A stretch of DNA of 64,000 bases from Octopus sinensis (taxonomy: Eukaryota), in assembly GCF_006345805.1 (NCBI RefSeq), contig NC_043006.1:13082001-13146000 (forward strand). Reading direction: 5' to 3'. The notes under the pieces were generated by a model. It was not told where the DNA came from. It ran no database searches and saw only the letters and a program-made list of their open reading frames with translations. Numbering within the stretch: the stretch's first letter is position 1; every line of letters starts with the position of its first letter. The translations under genes and the position numbers were made by a program. Positions 1 to 13,337 of the stretch are shown in pieces.

Positions 1-732
1 TGCATTTATTATTCAAGAATGTACTTAGTGGAATAATACTCTCAGTCGATTATACCATTAGACATAAAATATAAATTGAGGATTTCAGACGGAAGATCTT
101 AGATACTATTGTTAAATCAACGCCAAAGATTTCTAGACATTAGACAAACCTAATCCGCTATTTTTTTTCATTTTTTGAATTATTAAATACTTTGCGCTAG
201 GTTAAATAATTTCAATTTCTATTAGACACAATAGTCCCCAATTCCCACTGAGGATTTTAAATACTATTGTTAAATCAGCACCAGAGATTTCTTGAGACTA
301 AAACACTAATCCGTTCGTTTGTTTCTCTTTAAAGAATTAAATATTTTTGATTAGGTCAAATAATTCCAATCACTATTAGACGCTATAGCTCCATTTCACA
401 CTGACGATACGACTTCCTTCTTCTGTTTCGAATTGGCGCTTTTAATTTATAATTTCATTTTACTTTGAAAATCTTAGCATTTAATTAATTTATAATATTT
501 AGGGTATTTACCGACTTCTATAGCGCATTTCTTTCAAAAAGAACGCCATAGACAATTTTCCTTGGCTTTCAAAGCCTTGTGGTACTGATAAGTGCCAAGA
601 GGTGATTCAGATGCTTTCAGTACCCGATAAAATGAACTGCACACATTCGTCTTACAAAACTGCTAGCCAGAGCAATTAATATATTCTAACTTAACTATAA
701 ATATCAGCAGTACATATTTTGGTAAAAATATG

Positions 733-965
733 TTTCTTTATTACACACAAGGGGCTAAACATAGAGAGGACAGACAATGACAGACAAACTGATTAAGTTG
801 ATTGCATCGACTCCAGTGCGTAACTGGTACTTAATTTATCGATCCCTGAAAAGATGAAAGGCAAAGTCGACCTCGGCGGAATTTCAACCCAGAACGTAAC
901 GGCAGACGAAATACGGCTACGCATTTCACCCGGCGTGCTAACGTTTCTGCCAGCTGGCTGCCTTG
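733..965 (-). mobile_element. tRNA-derived SINE family C (Deu/Nin-like core)
   Basis: Minus strand contains GCCTTTCATC(C)TTTC(G)GGG(G)TCGATAAATTAAGTACCAG, resembling the DeuSINE/Nin core. Tail ends AATAAAGAAA. Confidence 0.8.
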
Positions 966-3900
966 AAATAACTGTATAAATGGCGTTGGCCATGCTTGTA
1001 AACGAAGTAGCGTTTAATTGTAAACATCATGTCATTTCCACTACATTTCATAAGTTGAAGCCACGATAGTCACAATAAGATACATTCATAAAGCTTGAAA
1101 TTAATCTGCAATATTTGTTTAAATAATAGAGACGAAAAGTTTATGTTTGCGTGAACAAAGGTAAGACTGCCCTTCTTCATAAAACTGTTAAATTAACTGT
1201 GCAATATTTCTTTACTTGATTAACGCAATCTACAGTTTTGTCATATCGTCATCCAATTTTAAACGTTCAGATTATCATTACTGCAACATAATGGAGCCAT
1301 AGAGAAAACATTCTTACGCAATTAGTCGTGAGTTATACAATTTCGCAAGAAAAATGATAAAAGAGTTGCATCCAGGCATTTTGGATCACCTTCAACAGAG
1401 AAAATAGGGAATCATAGGCGGAAACAAGAGAAAAAGTTTAAGCAGTGTAATCAAAGCACAATTTTTACACTAGAAAGCAAGATGAGAGGAATTCTATGAA
1501 AATGAAAGAAAGCTTAGGTTGCAAAAAGGAACAAAGTTTAATATTACCCACTAAACAAATATTTTTTACGTTAAAGTAAATGAAGCGAAAGTGATCGGAT
1601 TTTTTGTATTGAAGATTGGTGCGATAGATTGATTGATTGATTGGATTTAGAAGAGCAAATCAGAAGATAAATAACACCAAAGATAATCGTAGAATATGAA
1701 AACAGAATTCTGGAGTTCATAAAGATCAGAAAAAAAAAGCAACTTGGAAATGGAACAGATTGCAAAATGGAGGAGTACCGTTGATGTTTGATGAACTTTC
1801 TAATGCAACAGTTGATCTTAAGACAGTAACTACTAAAACACACATTGATGAAATTATCATTATTCTGCAGCGCTGCCTTGTGCTCACATCACCATATTAC
1901 GACTTTCACTAATATTTAACATCAAACCATCACCTAAAGAAAACATTCCGTGCAATCTTATATACGTTTAGAATAAATATTGCATGAAGATAAATGTTAC
2001 GGAACTGTGGTTAAAATATATGAGGTCACGCTACCTTGGTGGAACTTTCAAAGCCCGTCATTTTTTAAAGCAGCAAATGCAGAAATGCATCAAACATACA
2101 AGTTGTGGTCTCTGAACCGGATATCTCCATTTCCGAGTGGGTAAACAATGTAGTTCTGCTTCAATGAAAGAGGTTATTTGCCTACAGACTAGAGTGACAA
2201 TTTTTACAAGACTCATTTCCCACAATTTTCAAACGCCAAAACCACTCAAAACCCAATGAACTTTCTTCCGTTTATTCTAATTCCTGTGTTCCATATAATA
2301 ACAGCAAGCTTGGATTGGTTTACTAAATGTAAGCAACTGAAAGAAGAGAAAAACAATGAAATCTGGGAGAATTTTTGCAATGAACATAATACCGGCTATT
2401 CAGTAAGGTATATGAAAAGAGTGGTAGGCATTCGTCGGTCTCGAGAGGCCATGGATAAAAATACAGTATAGAATAAAGTGATGTAATATAACCTAACGTA
2501 ATATCGTATAACATAACATTATATAATCTAATATGGTATAATAAAATTTTGATATAATATGATTGGTTAATAATTTATTTCGTTTGATAAAATTCTGAGT
2601 AAAGTTTAGACGCCATTTGTAATTGTATTTGTAATTTGTATTTGATGGGAGATCATATATGGAAATTAAAGCAATTAAATCGAGGAAGACATACATTAAC
2701 CATTCGTAAATACACAAAAACTGATAGCTTAACTATTTCTTGTTTGGTGTCAAAATGTTCTTCGCATTGTCTGTGATCTGGTCATTGACGTAGTTCCACT
2801 ACACTTTATGCTTCAGATTTTACCTCTAATTAGAGGTAAGTAAAGTGATTTCCAGGCAACAATTCTATGAAATATTAATGTAAGAACTTTTCGTTAAGTA
2901 ATAAACAAAATACTGATGTATTATATCAAAAAACAAAAGTTAACTATAATTGTGTATTGAAACAAGTTCAAATTCTGATTATTTTAGAATTTAATTTAAA
3001 CACCCATAATGTGTTACTTTCGTTTCTATATTTCTTACGAAAGCAAAAAACAGATTAAAGATAGGAAATACTGAGATTTCATAAGAACCAACCCTCAAAA
3101 CGCTGATAGCCTGAAAGATTTTGAATAGCAGAAACAAAACACTTTTATCCTTTTTAATTAGACAAGACCTCCCAAAAATCTTACTCCTTATAAGCTGTGA
3201 AATACGATCAATTCTGTTTCATTTTAAGATCTTTTAAAAATAAAGATATTTTCCTACTGGCGTATCATTTTTCTGTTATTATACTTGAAATAGATGGATT
3301 TTTTAAATTTATGCATAAGTTTTATGTTTTCAAATCATCCTATCTGAAATAGTGTTCTATTTTCGGTTCTATTTCTATTTCCAACCATTCTTCTCGCGAA
3401 GTATTTAGAAAAATATTGAAACTGCTTGCAATTTTACACATGAAATTAAAATCACGAAGAGAGCGAGCAGGTTTACAGAAATAGAGTCCCACAGACGAAT
3501 TGCCTTACAGTTATATAATTTTCACCTATCTGTCTGCAGAGTTAACTTCTCTGTTTTCCTTTGTTCTCGCTAAAGCAAGAGCAGGACCAAATGCCTTACA
3601 GTTATCTTATTCTACAGAGTGAACTTTCTTTTCTTTTCTTCCTTATTCTCACTAAAATAAGAACCGAACTAAATGCCTTACAGTCATTTCATTCTACAAA
3701 GTTTTCTTTCTTTTTTTTTTCTATTCCTTGTCCTCAGTAAAATTATCTATAAGAATCGATTCTTTCAATTATTCTCTCTTGCTTACTAACATTGCCTTGG
3801 TGTATTGGGAAAAGAAATCAATTTAAAATGAATGCTTAAAACTGAACTAAACCGAAATAATACTTTCAGAGTCTACAGTGATTCAGACGGCCGTTGTTCA

Positions 3901-4156
3901 ATTCCGAACCTCCACAGCAACACCTAACTAGGACACAGATCTGTCGTAGTGAAATTAAATTCCGTGGTGGAAAAAATGGTAACCTACTCGTTATTTCTAC
4001 AGTGCTGCAAATAGTTACAGCAATGCTTTATAACAATAGCAGTAACAGGTAGATCTAGATGGACATAGCCATTAATAGTTGTTGACATTAGACAGCTCAA
4101 GATAGCGATTCTGAAGCTGCTCTTCCGTTGTCCTATTTAACAGGTTTTATTTCCAA

Positions 4157-4551
4157 CTAGCAGTATCGCCCGGCGTTGCTCGGGTTTGTAAGGGAAATAA
4201 CTATATAAGCATTTTTAGAGATGTAAAGTATAATAGCCATCTCAATATGGTTAACCACAAAGGGGGGGGGCGTTACTGTAGCTTTTTACGTTCTGAGATT
4301 TAATAATACATTTTTAGAGAGTTATTTCCCTTATATATGCCAAAAATGCATTAAAAATGGGAAAAATTGATGGTAAATTTTTTTTTAAATCGTAGACTCA
4401 TCGTAGACGCGCGCTAATACCCAGAAGGGCTCGATATGAATCACGACTATAAGATACCCGGTTTTGGTTAAACTGCACCGCAAAATGTGGGAGTAGTTAG
4501 GAATCTAAATCATAGGAGACAGACACACAACTCCACTTTTATATATAAAGA
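4157..4551 (-). mobile_element. Non-autonomous Helitron-like element (~395 bp)
   Basis: Minus strand starts TC, has subterminal hairpin CCCGAGCAACGCCGGG, ends CTAG, and sits between A and T. Sister copy at 35216-35610. Confidence 0.8.
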
Positions 4552-5238
4552 TTTAACTTGAATTTATACTTTAAAAAATGTCTCTAGACTTTTATTTATC
4601 ATTGTATAAATGAAATAGCTGAATGAAGTTTGTGTTTGTACTATCAGAACTGTCCAATGGTGATAAGTTTTGATATCTACTACCTGCATTCAGTTTCTGA
4701 ACGTGGCATTTTATTCTACACTGGCCTTAGCTTTCATGTAGCTGGATCAATATGGATTATTTTGAAGATATGCTGATCACCTTGAATTATAGAAGAGGCT
4801 TAGCATGTAGACGAGATTAGGGGGAAAAGTTTCAATGAGTCTCTATATGGTTGCTATTAGAAATAGTAGACATATCTCCTTTTAATTTCACTCTAACATC
4901 TTAGATAACAGAAGTACATAGCTAATAATGTAATCCTAAACATACAAAATAAAACGAAGATCAAAGCTAGAAACTCTTTGACCATACGTCTTTTTGATCA
5001 GGGATGATTTCATGATAAACATCAACAACGGTCTTTGGTCACAAAACGCACAAATTCCTTCGGTAAATATTTGTTTACAACGTATTGTTGTTATTCCTTA
5101 TCATTCATATGGATTAAATATTCTTGCACCTAAACTATACGCACCGCCATATTCACCGAATTCACTTTTTAACGAAACCTTTGAAACTCTGAACGAGATC
5201 GATGAAGTCTATGCTTCACTGAAAAGTCTGCCGACTAA

Positions 5239-5742
5239 AGCCTTGTGTGTGGATTTCGTAGAGGGTAACTGAAGGAAGCCCGTCGTATTTCTGTATATAT
5301 ATATGTGATCTCTTGAGCACCACCAGCAAAAATATTTTTTCCTCTGTCTTCCCTTCTTGGGATCTTTCCTTCTCCTTGTTTCCGACGAAGAGCTCCGCTC
5401 GAAACGTTAAACCCTCCTTCCCTTCTTTCCTGAGCGTCAATAATACTTTAATTGTTCCACGTCCTCGCATTGCTGTTTTTCTCTTTTTTTCTGTGTTTTC
5501 TTGTTTGGATTAACTATATATATATATAAGTGTGTGTCTGTGTTTGTCACCCCAACATCGCTTGAAAACCGATGGTGGTGTGTTTACGTCCCTGTAACTT
5601 GACGGTTCGACAAAATATACCGATAGAATAAGTACTAGGCTTACAAAGAATAAGTCCTGGGGTCGACTTGCTCGACTAAAACCGGTGATCCAGCATGGCC
5701 ACAGTCAAATGACTGAAACAAGTAAAAGAATAAAAGAATAAA
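5239..5742 (+). mobile_element. 5'-truncated SINE family B split by an HHR-bearing insert
   Basis: Family B middle (5239-5300) and tail (5525-5742) separated by a ~200-bp foreign segment. Confidence 0.8.
5378..5412 (+). ncRNA. Minimal Penelope-type hammerhead motif, core U4>C
   Basis: GTTT-CCGACGA-A-GAGC-TCC-GCTC-GAAA-CG-TT-AAAC. Confidence 0.6.
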
Positions 5743-5897
5743 GAGAGTGAAGCTTATTCAGAGTTGTCTCCCATGAGTGCCAAAATTATAAGATTACTCC
5801 TTGTTCTAATGCTGTGATGCATTTTCCTCCCATAAAAATATTTCTAACTACATTTTTTTGATGCTGAGTGCATAATATATGTTAATATTTATTTGTC

Positions 5898-6085
5898 TAA
5901 GGTGGTGAACTAGCACAATCGTTAGCACACCGAGTAAAATGTTTAACAGCAATTCGTCCGTCTTCACGATGTAAAGTTCAAATTCCGGCGAGGTCGACTC
6001 TGCTCTTCACCTCTTTCGGGTCGATAAAATAAGTACCAGTTGCACAGTGTGGGTCGATGTAATTGACATGACCACCACCTTCGAA
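5898..6085 (+). mobile_element. SINE family C, diverged
   Basis: GGTGAACTAGCACAATCGTTAGC..GTTCAAATTCC..GTCGATAAAATAAGTACCAG. Confidence 0.7.
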
Positions 6086-6151
6086 GCTGCTGGCCGTTAA
6101 TATTTGCTCGTTTGTTGTTAGCCATGGCAATGACATCTGTATATATTTCAA

Positions 6152-6360
6152 CTCTCTTTACTTGTTCAGTCATTTGACTGTGGCCATGCTGGAGCACCCC
6201 CTTAAGTCGAGCAAATCCACCCCAGGACTTATTCTTTGTAAGCCTAGTACTTATTCTATTAGTCTTTTTATGCCGACCGCTAAGTTACGGGGACATAAAC
6301 ACACCACCATCGGTTGTCAAGTGATTTGGGGGGACAAACACAGACACACAAACATACACG

Positions 6361-6394
<34 letters not shown>

Positions 6395-6643
6395 ATATAT
6401 ATATATATACATATATATACATATACACACACATACACACACACGCCCATATATAATATATATATATATACATATACACGACGGTCTTCTTTCAGTTTCC
6501 GTCTACCAAAATCTACTCACAAGGCTTTGGTTGGCCCGAGGCTATAGTAGAAGACACTTGGCCAAGGTGCCACGCAGTGGGACTGAACCCGGAACCATGT
6601 GGTTCGTAAGCAAGCTACTTACCACACAGCCACTCCTACGCCT
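6152..6643 (-). mobile_element. tRNA-derived SINE family B (internal (TA)n/(TG)n, (GTAAAAGA)n tail)
   Basis: Reverse complement of family B (GGAGTGGCTGTGTGGTAAG..GGTTCAGTCCC..CTTGGGCAAGTGTC). Confidence 0.88.
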
Positions 6644-6990
6644 CCTAACTGTATAATTTATGTTTTTAATATACACAATCCACAGTCATTTATCGAGAAA
6701 TTCATGGTATTCATGCTGTCCAAAAATTCTATACCTTCAACACTGAAAAATACAATCGAAGTATCGATTGCGGGGTCGCTGGATGTAATAGAAATAGCAG
6801 CCAAACCTCGAAGAAATCAAACTAGCTTACTATTCTCTGGAACGTAAATCGCATTCAATAAAACAGCAGAAGGCACATCACATATTTAAATGTGACGTTA
6901 TGACCACAACTGGAACGACTGTGTTCATAGATGTTCTGGAACTGTATTGAATGTTCTGTGACTTCTGCATATGGGTGTATAGTCTTATGT

Positions 6991-7373
6991 GGAGGCGCAA
7001 TGGCCCAGTGGTTAGGGCAGCGGACGCGCGGTCATAGGATCGCGGTTTCGATTCCAAGACCGAGCGTTGTGATTGTTTATTGAGCGAAAACACCTAAAGC
7101 TCCACGAGGCTCCAGTAGGGGATGGTGGTGATCCCTGCTGTACTCTTTCACCACAACTTTCTCTCACTCTTACTTCTTGTTTCTGTTGTACCTGTATTTC
7201 AAAGAGCCGGCCTTGTCACTCTCTGTGTCACGCTGAATATCCCCGAGAACTACGTTAAGGGTACACGTGTCTGTGGAGTGCTCAGCCACTTACACGTTAA
7301 TTTCACGAGCAGGCTGTTCCGTTGATTCGGATCAACTGGAACCCTCGTCGTCGTAACCGACGGAGTGCTTCCA
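6991..7373 (+). mobile_element. tRNA-derived SINE family A, full length
   Basis: A box TGGCCCAGTGG, B box GGTTTCGATTCC. 16-bp TSD TGTATAGTCTTATGTG. Confidence 0.92.
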
Positions 7374-8811
7374 AAATGTATAGTCTTATGTGAATACGTG
7401 GGTAATATGTGCGTGTGAATGTAACCTTGTTGTAAGCAGTGAATCTATATTCGCTGATTTTGTTTTTGTTAGCTCGTTTTATATTTATATGTGTGTGTGT
7501 GTGCATGTGTGGCAGTGTAGGTATGTATATGTATGCGTATATGAGTGCATGAGATATGAGTATGTATATGTGTTTGCGCGCGCGAGTGTGTGTGTTTGCG
7601 TGCATGACTGCGTGTATACGCTTACAGAAAAGTTAGTGACAACCTAACATTATATACACACTCATATATATATATATATATATATATGTACATATATTTG
7701 TGTGTGTGCTTGTATATATAGTTATATATATGCGTGTATATGTACATATATATACATATATATATACATGCATACATAATACATACATACATATATACCT
7801 CATACATACATACATGCATATATACATACATACGTACGTACATACATACATACATGCATACATGTATCCCCACTTTCTGTTACCATTCCAGTGAAATGTA
7901 TGTAATTTGTACGTATTCTCTTCACTTCCGGGTTCCGCTTTATATATAATAATTTAATCCCGAAAACTATGTTGCAGAAAAATTTTTGTATACTTCGTCT
8001 ATCTGCTCTGTTATGATGGGGCCGGGTGCGTTGAGACATTTCGATGTCTGAGAATCGATTGCTGTGCCCCGACTGTTTGGCATTCATTTAATTTCAATGG
8101 TAACAATACTGTCTGCGATAAACACAGACGAACGAGCAAAACAGAATAAGAACTACGAAACCATGTTTATTTGCAAAACGTAGGCAATGTGTTGTAGAGA
8201 AGAATATAGTACCGTAGATGACGTCACTAACAATAGATTAAATCAAAAATTGATGAGATGTATACAAAAAAAGATAACATTCTAAGAACGAATGTGTTTC
8301 AGTGTGTGTTTGTGATGTTTGTATGAGTATCTTTTATCTCTGTGCTTTTTGAACATCCCGACACAAAGAATATTGGTGTAATTGTGTGCTTGTTTTGGCT
8401 GCAAAAAACCATGCGACGATGTTTATTAGAAAGTCGAAGGCAATTACTAGTGCTGAATTTAGTTATTTGATCAAAGTGAGGGGAAATGGTTTTGAAAATG
8501 ATTCGGGATGCATTACGGCTTTAAGGTGAAATAAACCTGATGGAGGTTACTCTTTTACATGCGCACGCACATAAACACACACGCACACACTACCACATAC
8601 ACACATACTACCACATACACATACACGGACACGTATATATAGATATATATATGTGTAAATGTATGATGTATGTATATTACGTGCGCATATATATATATAT
8701 ATTATATATATATATATGCACTAAAACCGATTACACAGACGCACACACACATAACATATATGTATGTATATGTATATATATGCATATATATATATGTATA
8801 TATATATATAT

Positions 8812-8858
<47 letters not shown>

Positions 8859-8883
8859 TATATACATATATATAGAGAGAGAT

Positions 8884-11880
8884 ATGTTTCTTTATTAGCC
8901 ACACAGGGCTGCACACAGATTGAACAAATTACAAGGTAGAGCTTTTCTTTTAGGGCTAAAAAAAAAGGAGTGGTGGTTTTCGATCAAAAGTGATAATAAA
9001 AGGAAAGAAAGAGGACAAAAAAAGGGAGGGGTTAATGAAAAAAAAAAAAAGGTGGGGGGAGAGCAAAAAAATTGATCAATAGGGATCGTTATCACAGAAA
9101 TGTCAATATGAAGTGTAAAGGAGAGTACAGGTGAGGTTTACCCGTGGAAAGAAAAGCCTACGGAAAAGACCACGGTAACCTCGGTCAATGAAGTCACATG
9201 TTATATTTCTTTTTTTTTTTTTGCAAATAAGCAACTCTCTGTATTAATTTTTACGGTTCATAGAATCATAGTCAAGGTGACTTCGTCATTCATACGTGCC
9301 ATCCTTGCTACATTCACCCATCTTTTAAAACATTCACTAGACAAAACTTGCCTCTCTACTCTCACTTTCCTCTTCAAGTGATACTTGAAGAAGTTGATGA
9401 GAGATTGACCAGAGAGGAAAGTGTTTGTCTCTAATCCTTTCAGGCGCGTCCACCAGATACATTCTTTCGCCATAGCCACAAGTATGATAAAAATAGCTCT
9501 TCCTTCCCGTTTGAAGGAAGGAGGCGTGACGATATTAACGATAGACTCGGCTGATAAACCGACACGTCCCACACGTGACAGCAGTCGTTCAACATAAGCC
9601 CACAGGTCGGAAATTGCTGGACACTGCACGATTGCGTGCAGAGCGGTTTCGTCGCTCTGCCCGCATCTTGGGCAGGTCGGCGCCGTGTTTCTCGAGCCAT
9701 GCCTATAGAGCTTATCCCGAACGGGTAGCGCTTCTCGGTAGCACCGCCAGGCCAGGGATCTCTGGAAGTTGTCCATAGGTCCCGGGCCGAAAGTCGTTTG
9801 AAACAGGCGGATCAGGTATTCCTCGTCGACGCCCAGGTTTGCCCCGAGCTCGTCGTCGTACCTCCCCTCCACTAATCCCCTATAGAATGCTTTGGTTGTG
9901 TTGAAGTCACTCAAGGTCGACCCGGGACGGCAGAGTTGCTTGAGAGCAACGCGACACTCGCGGTGCCATTCCCCCTTCCTCGGCCTCTTTTTGATCCACG
10001 ACTGTAGTTCGGTCATGGAGACGAGTTGCGGGAATGCGTGCCTCACAAACGGCGACCACACCTGTTCACCGTCGTCTACATAGAGCCGGAGATGTCGCAG
10101 TCTCAGCGCGTGTCTGCGCATCATCAACCACGGCATGCCCAGCCCTCCTTTTAACGGGTGTTGACAGCAAATGGATCACCTGACCATCGGGACGCATCCT
10201 TTCCACAAGAAGCGGAAGAGGATGCGTTCTAGTTTGGTGATGGTAGGGTCGGGACAAGGTACGACGGTCAGGCGGTAGTAGATGATGGACGCGATGTACG
10301 CGTTCACCACCTCCGCCCGACCTTTTAGGGACAGTTTCCTCTCGGCCCATTGCTGGGCGAGAGTGACCACCGTACTCGTTATCTCGTTCCAGTTCTTCTC
10401 CATTTGGAGGTCCGGACCGAACCAGACCCCGAGCAACTCAACCGGGCCGTCTGTCCAGCGTCCCACGACGGAGGTACTGGTGGACGGCATGGGCTTGCTT
10501 CTCCAGGTGCCTAGTCGCAAGCCCACTGACTTTTCCCGGTTGATTTTTGCTCCTGTCACCGCTTCGTAGTCTTTCAGTGTCTCGCCGACCCGCTCGATGT
10601 GCTCGTGGCTTGACACTATGACGGTGACGTCGTCCGCGTATGCAGACACGCTCGTCCCGCATCCCAATTCTCGCGGGATGCCCCTTAGAGTCGCCAGCTT
10701 CCGCAGTAGTGGCTCAAGAGTCAATACGTATAGAAGCGCCGAGAGGGGGCATCCCTGACGGACCGAACGTGCAATGTCGAAAGGTCTCGATAGATGTCCA
10801 TTTACGCGAATTACCGAACGGATGCCTCTGTACAAGGCAGCTATCCAGCCGCGGAAGACGGGACCGAAACCAGCCGCTCTCAGGACTGCCTCCAAGTATC
10901 GATGGTCTACCCTATCAAAGGCTTTCGATTGATCCAAGTTGATCAGGGCCCCACCCATGCCAGGTTCGTTAACTACCCTGTCTATGATGTAGCGCATCAA
11001 ATGGAGGTTGTCATGGATGCTCCGGCCCGGCACGGCGCACGTTTGTGCGTTGTCGACCAGTTTCTCCATGACAAGCGCCAACCTCTTGGCTAACACCTTT
11101 GTCAAAATTTTCAGGTCTGCATTGAGCAGCGTGATTGGTCTAAAGTTATCTATAATGTTTCCCTTGTTTGGATCTTTCTTCAGCAGAGTTACAGCTCCTC
11201 GACTCACAAAACCGGGTATGCTCCCGTTTTGCTGCCAGTTCCAGTATACCGCTGCCAAGACGTCCCCAAACAAGTCTGGCATACAATTGTAAAACTCGTA
11301 GGGTAGACCATCCAAACCCGGTGATTTGTCTCTCGAGCATTCTGCTATCACTTCCTGCACTTCCGCCGCCGTGATGGCACCTTCGCAGCACCCTGCCTTT
11401 CTTGTCGAGAGTCGTGGCAGGCTATGTAGATAGGCACTGAAGTCCACCCTACGTTCTTGCCCTCCACTCGTCCCGAACAGTCGGGCAAAATGCTGCTGAA
11501 AGGCCTCACACATTTTACTTGGCTCGAGCAATTCGCGCCCCTGTTCATCTACCAGTGACCGAATGGTGGCTTTGTTGCCTTGTTGCGCCTCTGCCACCCG
11601 GGCCTCTCTCGCGGCTCCAACACCTTCGTTCCTTAGAGCACGCATCCTAGCTCTGACAGCACATCCTTCGTGTTTGGCGTTGAAGTGTTGGTCGAGGGCC
11701 AACCTCGCCGCCAAAACGTCGGATGCGATGCCGCTTCTAATTGCCTCTTCTAGCTTCTTAACTAGCTCACCCTCTACTCTATTTCTATCTATGGCTAGTG
11801 ATTTGCTGTACCTAATCGCTTCTGCTTTTACTGCTCTCTTGAGGGCAAACCACCATTTGTTGTTGATGATGGCTCCCATA
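8884..11880 (-). mobile_element. 5'-truncated Tx1/L1-clade non-LTR retrotransposon (RT + C-terminal Cys/His motif, pyrimidine-rich 3' UTR with AATAAA)
   Basis: Minus-strand ORF2 with RT motifs SPGLDGLPYEFY, NFRPITLLNAD, DQSKAFDRVDH, VRQGCPLS, YADD and CPRC..ETALHAIVQC. No endonuclease domain present. 3' UTR ends AATAAAGAAAC then microsatellite. Visibly GC/CpG-rich relative to flanks. 5' end abuts (GATA)n. Confidence 0.93.
9258..11879 (-). pseudogene. ORF2 reverse transcriptase of the Tx1-like element, interrupted by one in-frame TGA at 10176-10178
   Basis: Track ORFs 10176..12047 and 9258..10136 are in the same frame (GCVPMVR*SICCQHPLKGGLGMPW). The N-terminal YLSI repeats of the track ORF come from the flanking (TATC)n, not the element. 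Confidence 0.9.
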
Positions 11881-11897
11881 GATAGATAGATAGATAG

Positions 11898-11978
<81 letters not shown>
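11879..11978. repeat. (GATA)n microsatellite
   Basis: Direct reading. Others at about 19400-19556, 21768-21838 (as TATC) and 59506-59571. Confidence 0.98.
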
Positions 11979-12371
11979 GCGACGGGTTTCCTTCATTTTT
12001 CGTTCACCCGAGGCTGTATATACATACATATAGATATGTATGTGCATGTGTATGAATATTTATGAAAATGAGAGCGTATATTTGTAAATAAAAAAATATT
12101 CGTAAGCATGGCTAAATGCTTGAAAATTTTGTTCCCAACCACGAGGTCCTAACTTCAAATTTATTGCTTGGTAACTCGGGGAAACTACATTTCCTATAAC
12201 CCCAGGCTTACATGATCGCAAAACTATGTAGAATCCAGATAGATGAACTCTATCCGTTCGGCATTGGTTTATGTAAATCCTGCATCCTGATTACTAATCG
12301 GCTCGGCGTATCCATTAGTTGAAACGACATGAGTATACTTGGGAGTAGACAAGCATACCGTTACGTTTCCG

Positions 12372-12411
<40 letters not shown>

Positions 12412-12412
<1 letters not shown>

Positions 12413-13200
12413 TAGCAGCATAGCCCGGCGTTGCACGGGTATGTAAGAGCCCCTAGTAGGCAACGAGTAATCCCAATCTAGTCCTTTCCCTCTAGGGAAC
12501 GAAGGCGCATGTGTAGGTTGCAATGTCTTCTCTTCACTCCCAAATAACTATCAAACAGCTATCGATAATTCAACCCAACCAATTCCTACCAGGAAGAAAT
12601 TACATTCGAGACTTTACCCCCAACACCGCCACTTCTGCTAATAGCTGCTGCAGCCGCAAGTCATTCGAATACTTTTTTTGTTTACACTTTCTTTATAACT
12701 ACCACCCCAAACGTTTTACCTTAAATTTTTGATGTACCCTAAGGGTCCTCCGACGCTACTTGCAAACTCTTGGTTTATTATAAACCGATTTTGTCGTGTG
12801 CACCAAAAACCTTTTCTATTCGTTTGTTCAGTTTGGTCACTTTTGACTTTTTCGTTGTTATCACTCACATTGCTGCCCGCTTTTTACCGTTTTTGTACAT
12901 TTTTATACATTTTGGGATACTTACCCCACGTGTTCCGAGAGTTAAAAAGGTCGAGTTGCGTCCCCTAGACAGTCTGTAGAAAATGTGTTGCATATAAAAG
13001 GGTCGAATTTATCGATTTGTTTTCAGAACTGGGGGAACTTTTCAAAATTTTCGCTGCGTTAGTTTTGAATTATGACATTGGGCTATGTGTGTGTCAAGTT
13101 TCATCAGAATCGGTTGAAAGCCGTGGTCAGGGTGAGGGTACAACCTGACAGACACACAGACACACAGACAGACAAACTGCCGTTTATATATATATATATA
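12412..13200 (-). mobile_element. Longer non-autonomous Helitron-like element (related subfamily)
   Basis: Same CTAG end and hairpin (CCCGTGCAACGCCGGG). (GACA)-type repeat near the 5' end. 5' boundary blurred by (TA)n. Confidence 0.65.
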
Positions 13201-13337
13201 TATATATATATCTTTCTGTGTATATGTATGTGTGTGTCAGTGTTTATATCGATGTATGAATGTATGTTTACATTTCGTGTATACATACATAGACATGCAT
13301 ACATATATACATGCATGCATGCATACACATACATATA

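Noticed and set aside
1300-2471. Coding-like purine-rich stretch (e.g. NEIWENFCNEHNTGYSVRYMKRVVG)
   Set aside because: Many stops and frameshifts and no recognisable motif. It may be an old transposon gene; BLASTx would be needed.
6686-6843. Possible exon with AG/GT boundaries
   Set aside because: Several frames on both strands are about equally open and the splice sites are mediocre.
7915-8100. ETS-like CACTTCCGG plus TATA-like run and a downstream GT donor, a possible promoter or first exon
   Set aside because: Short motifs like these are expected by chance in 64 kb of AT-rich DNA.
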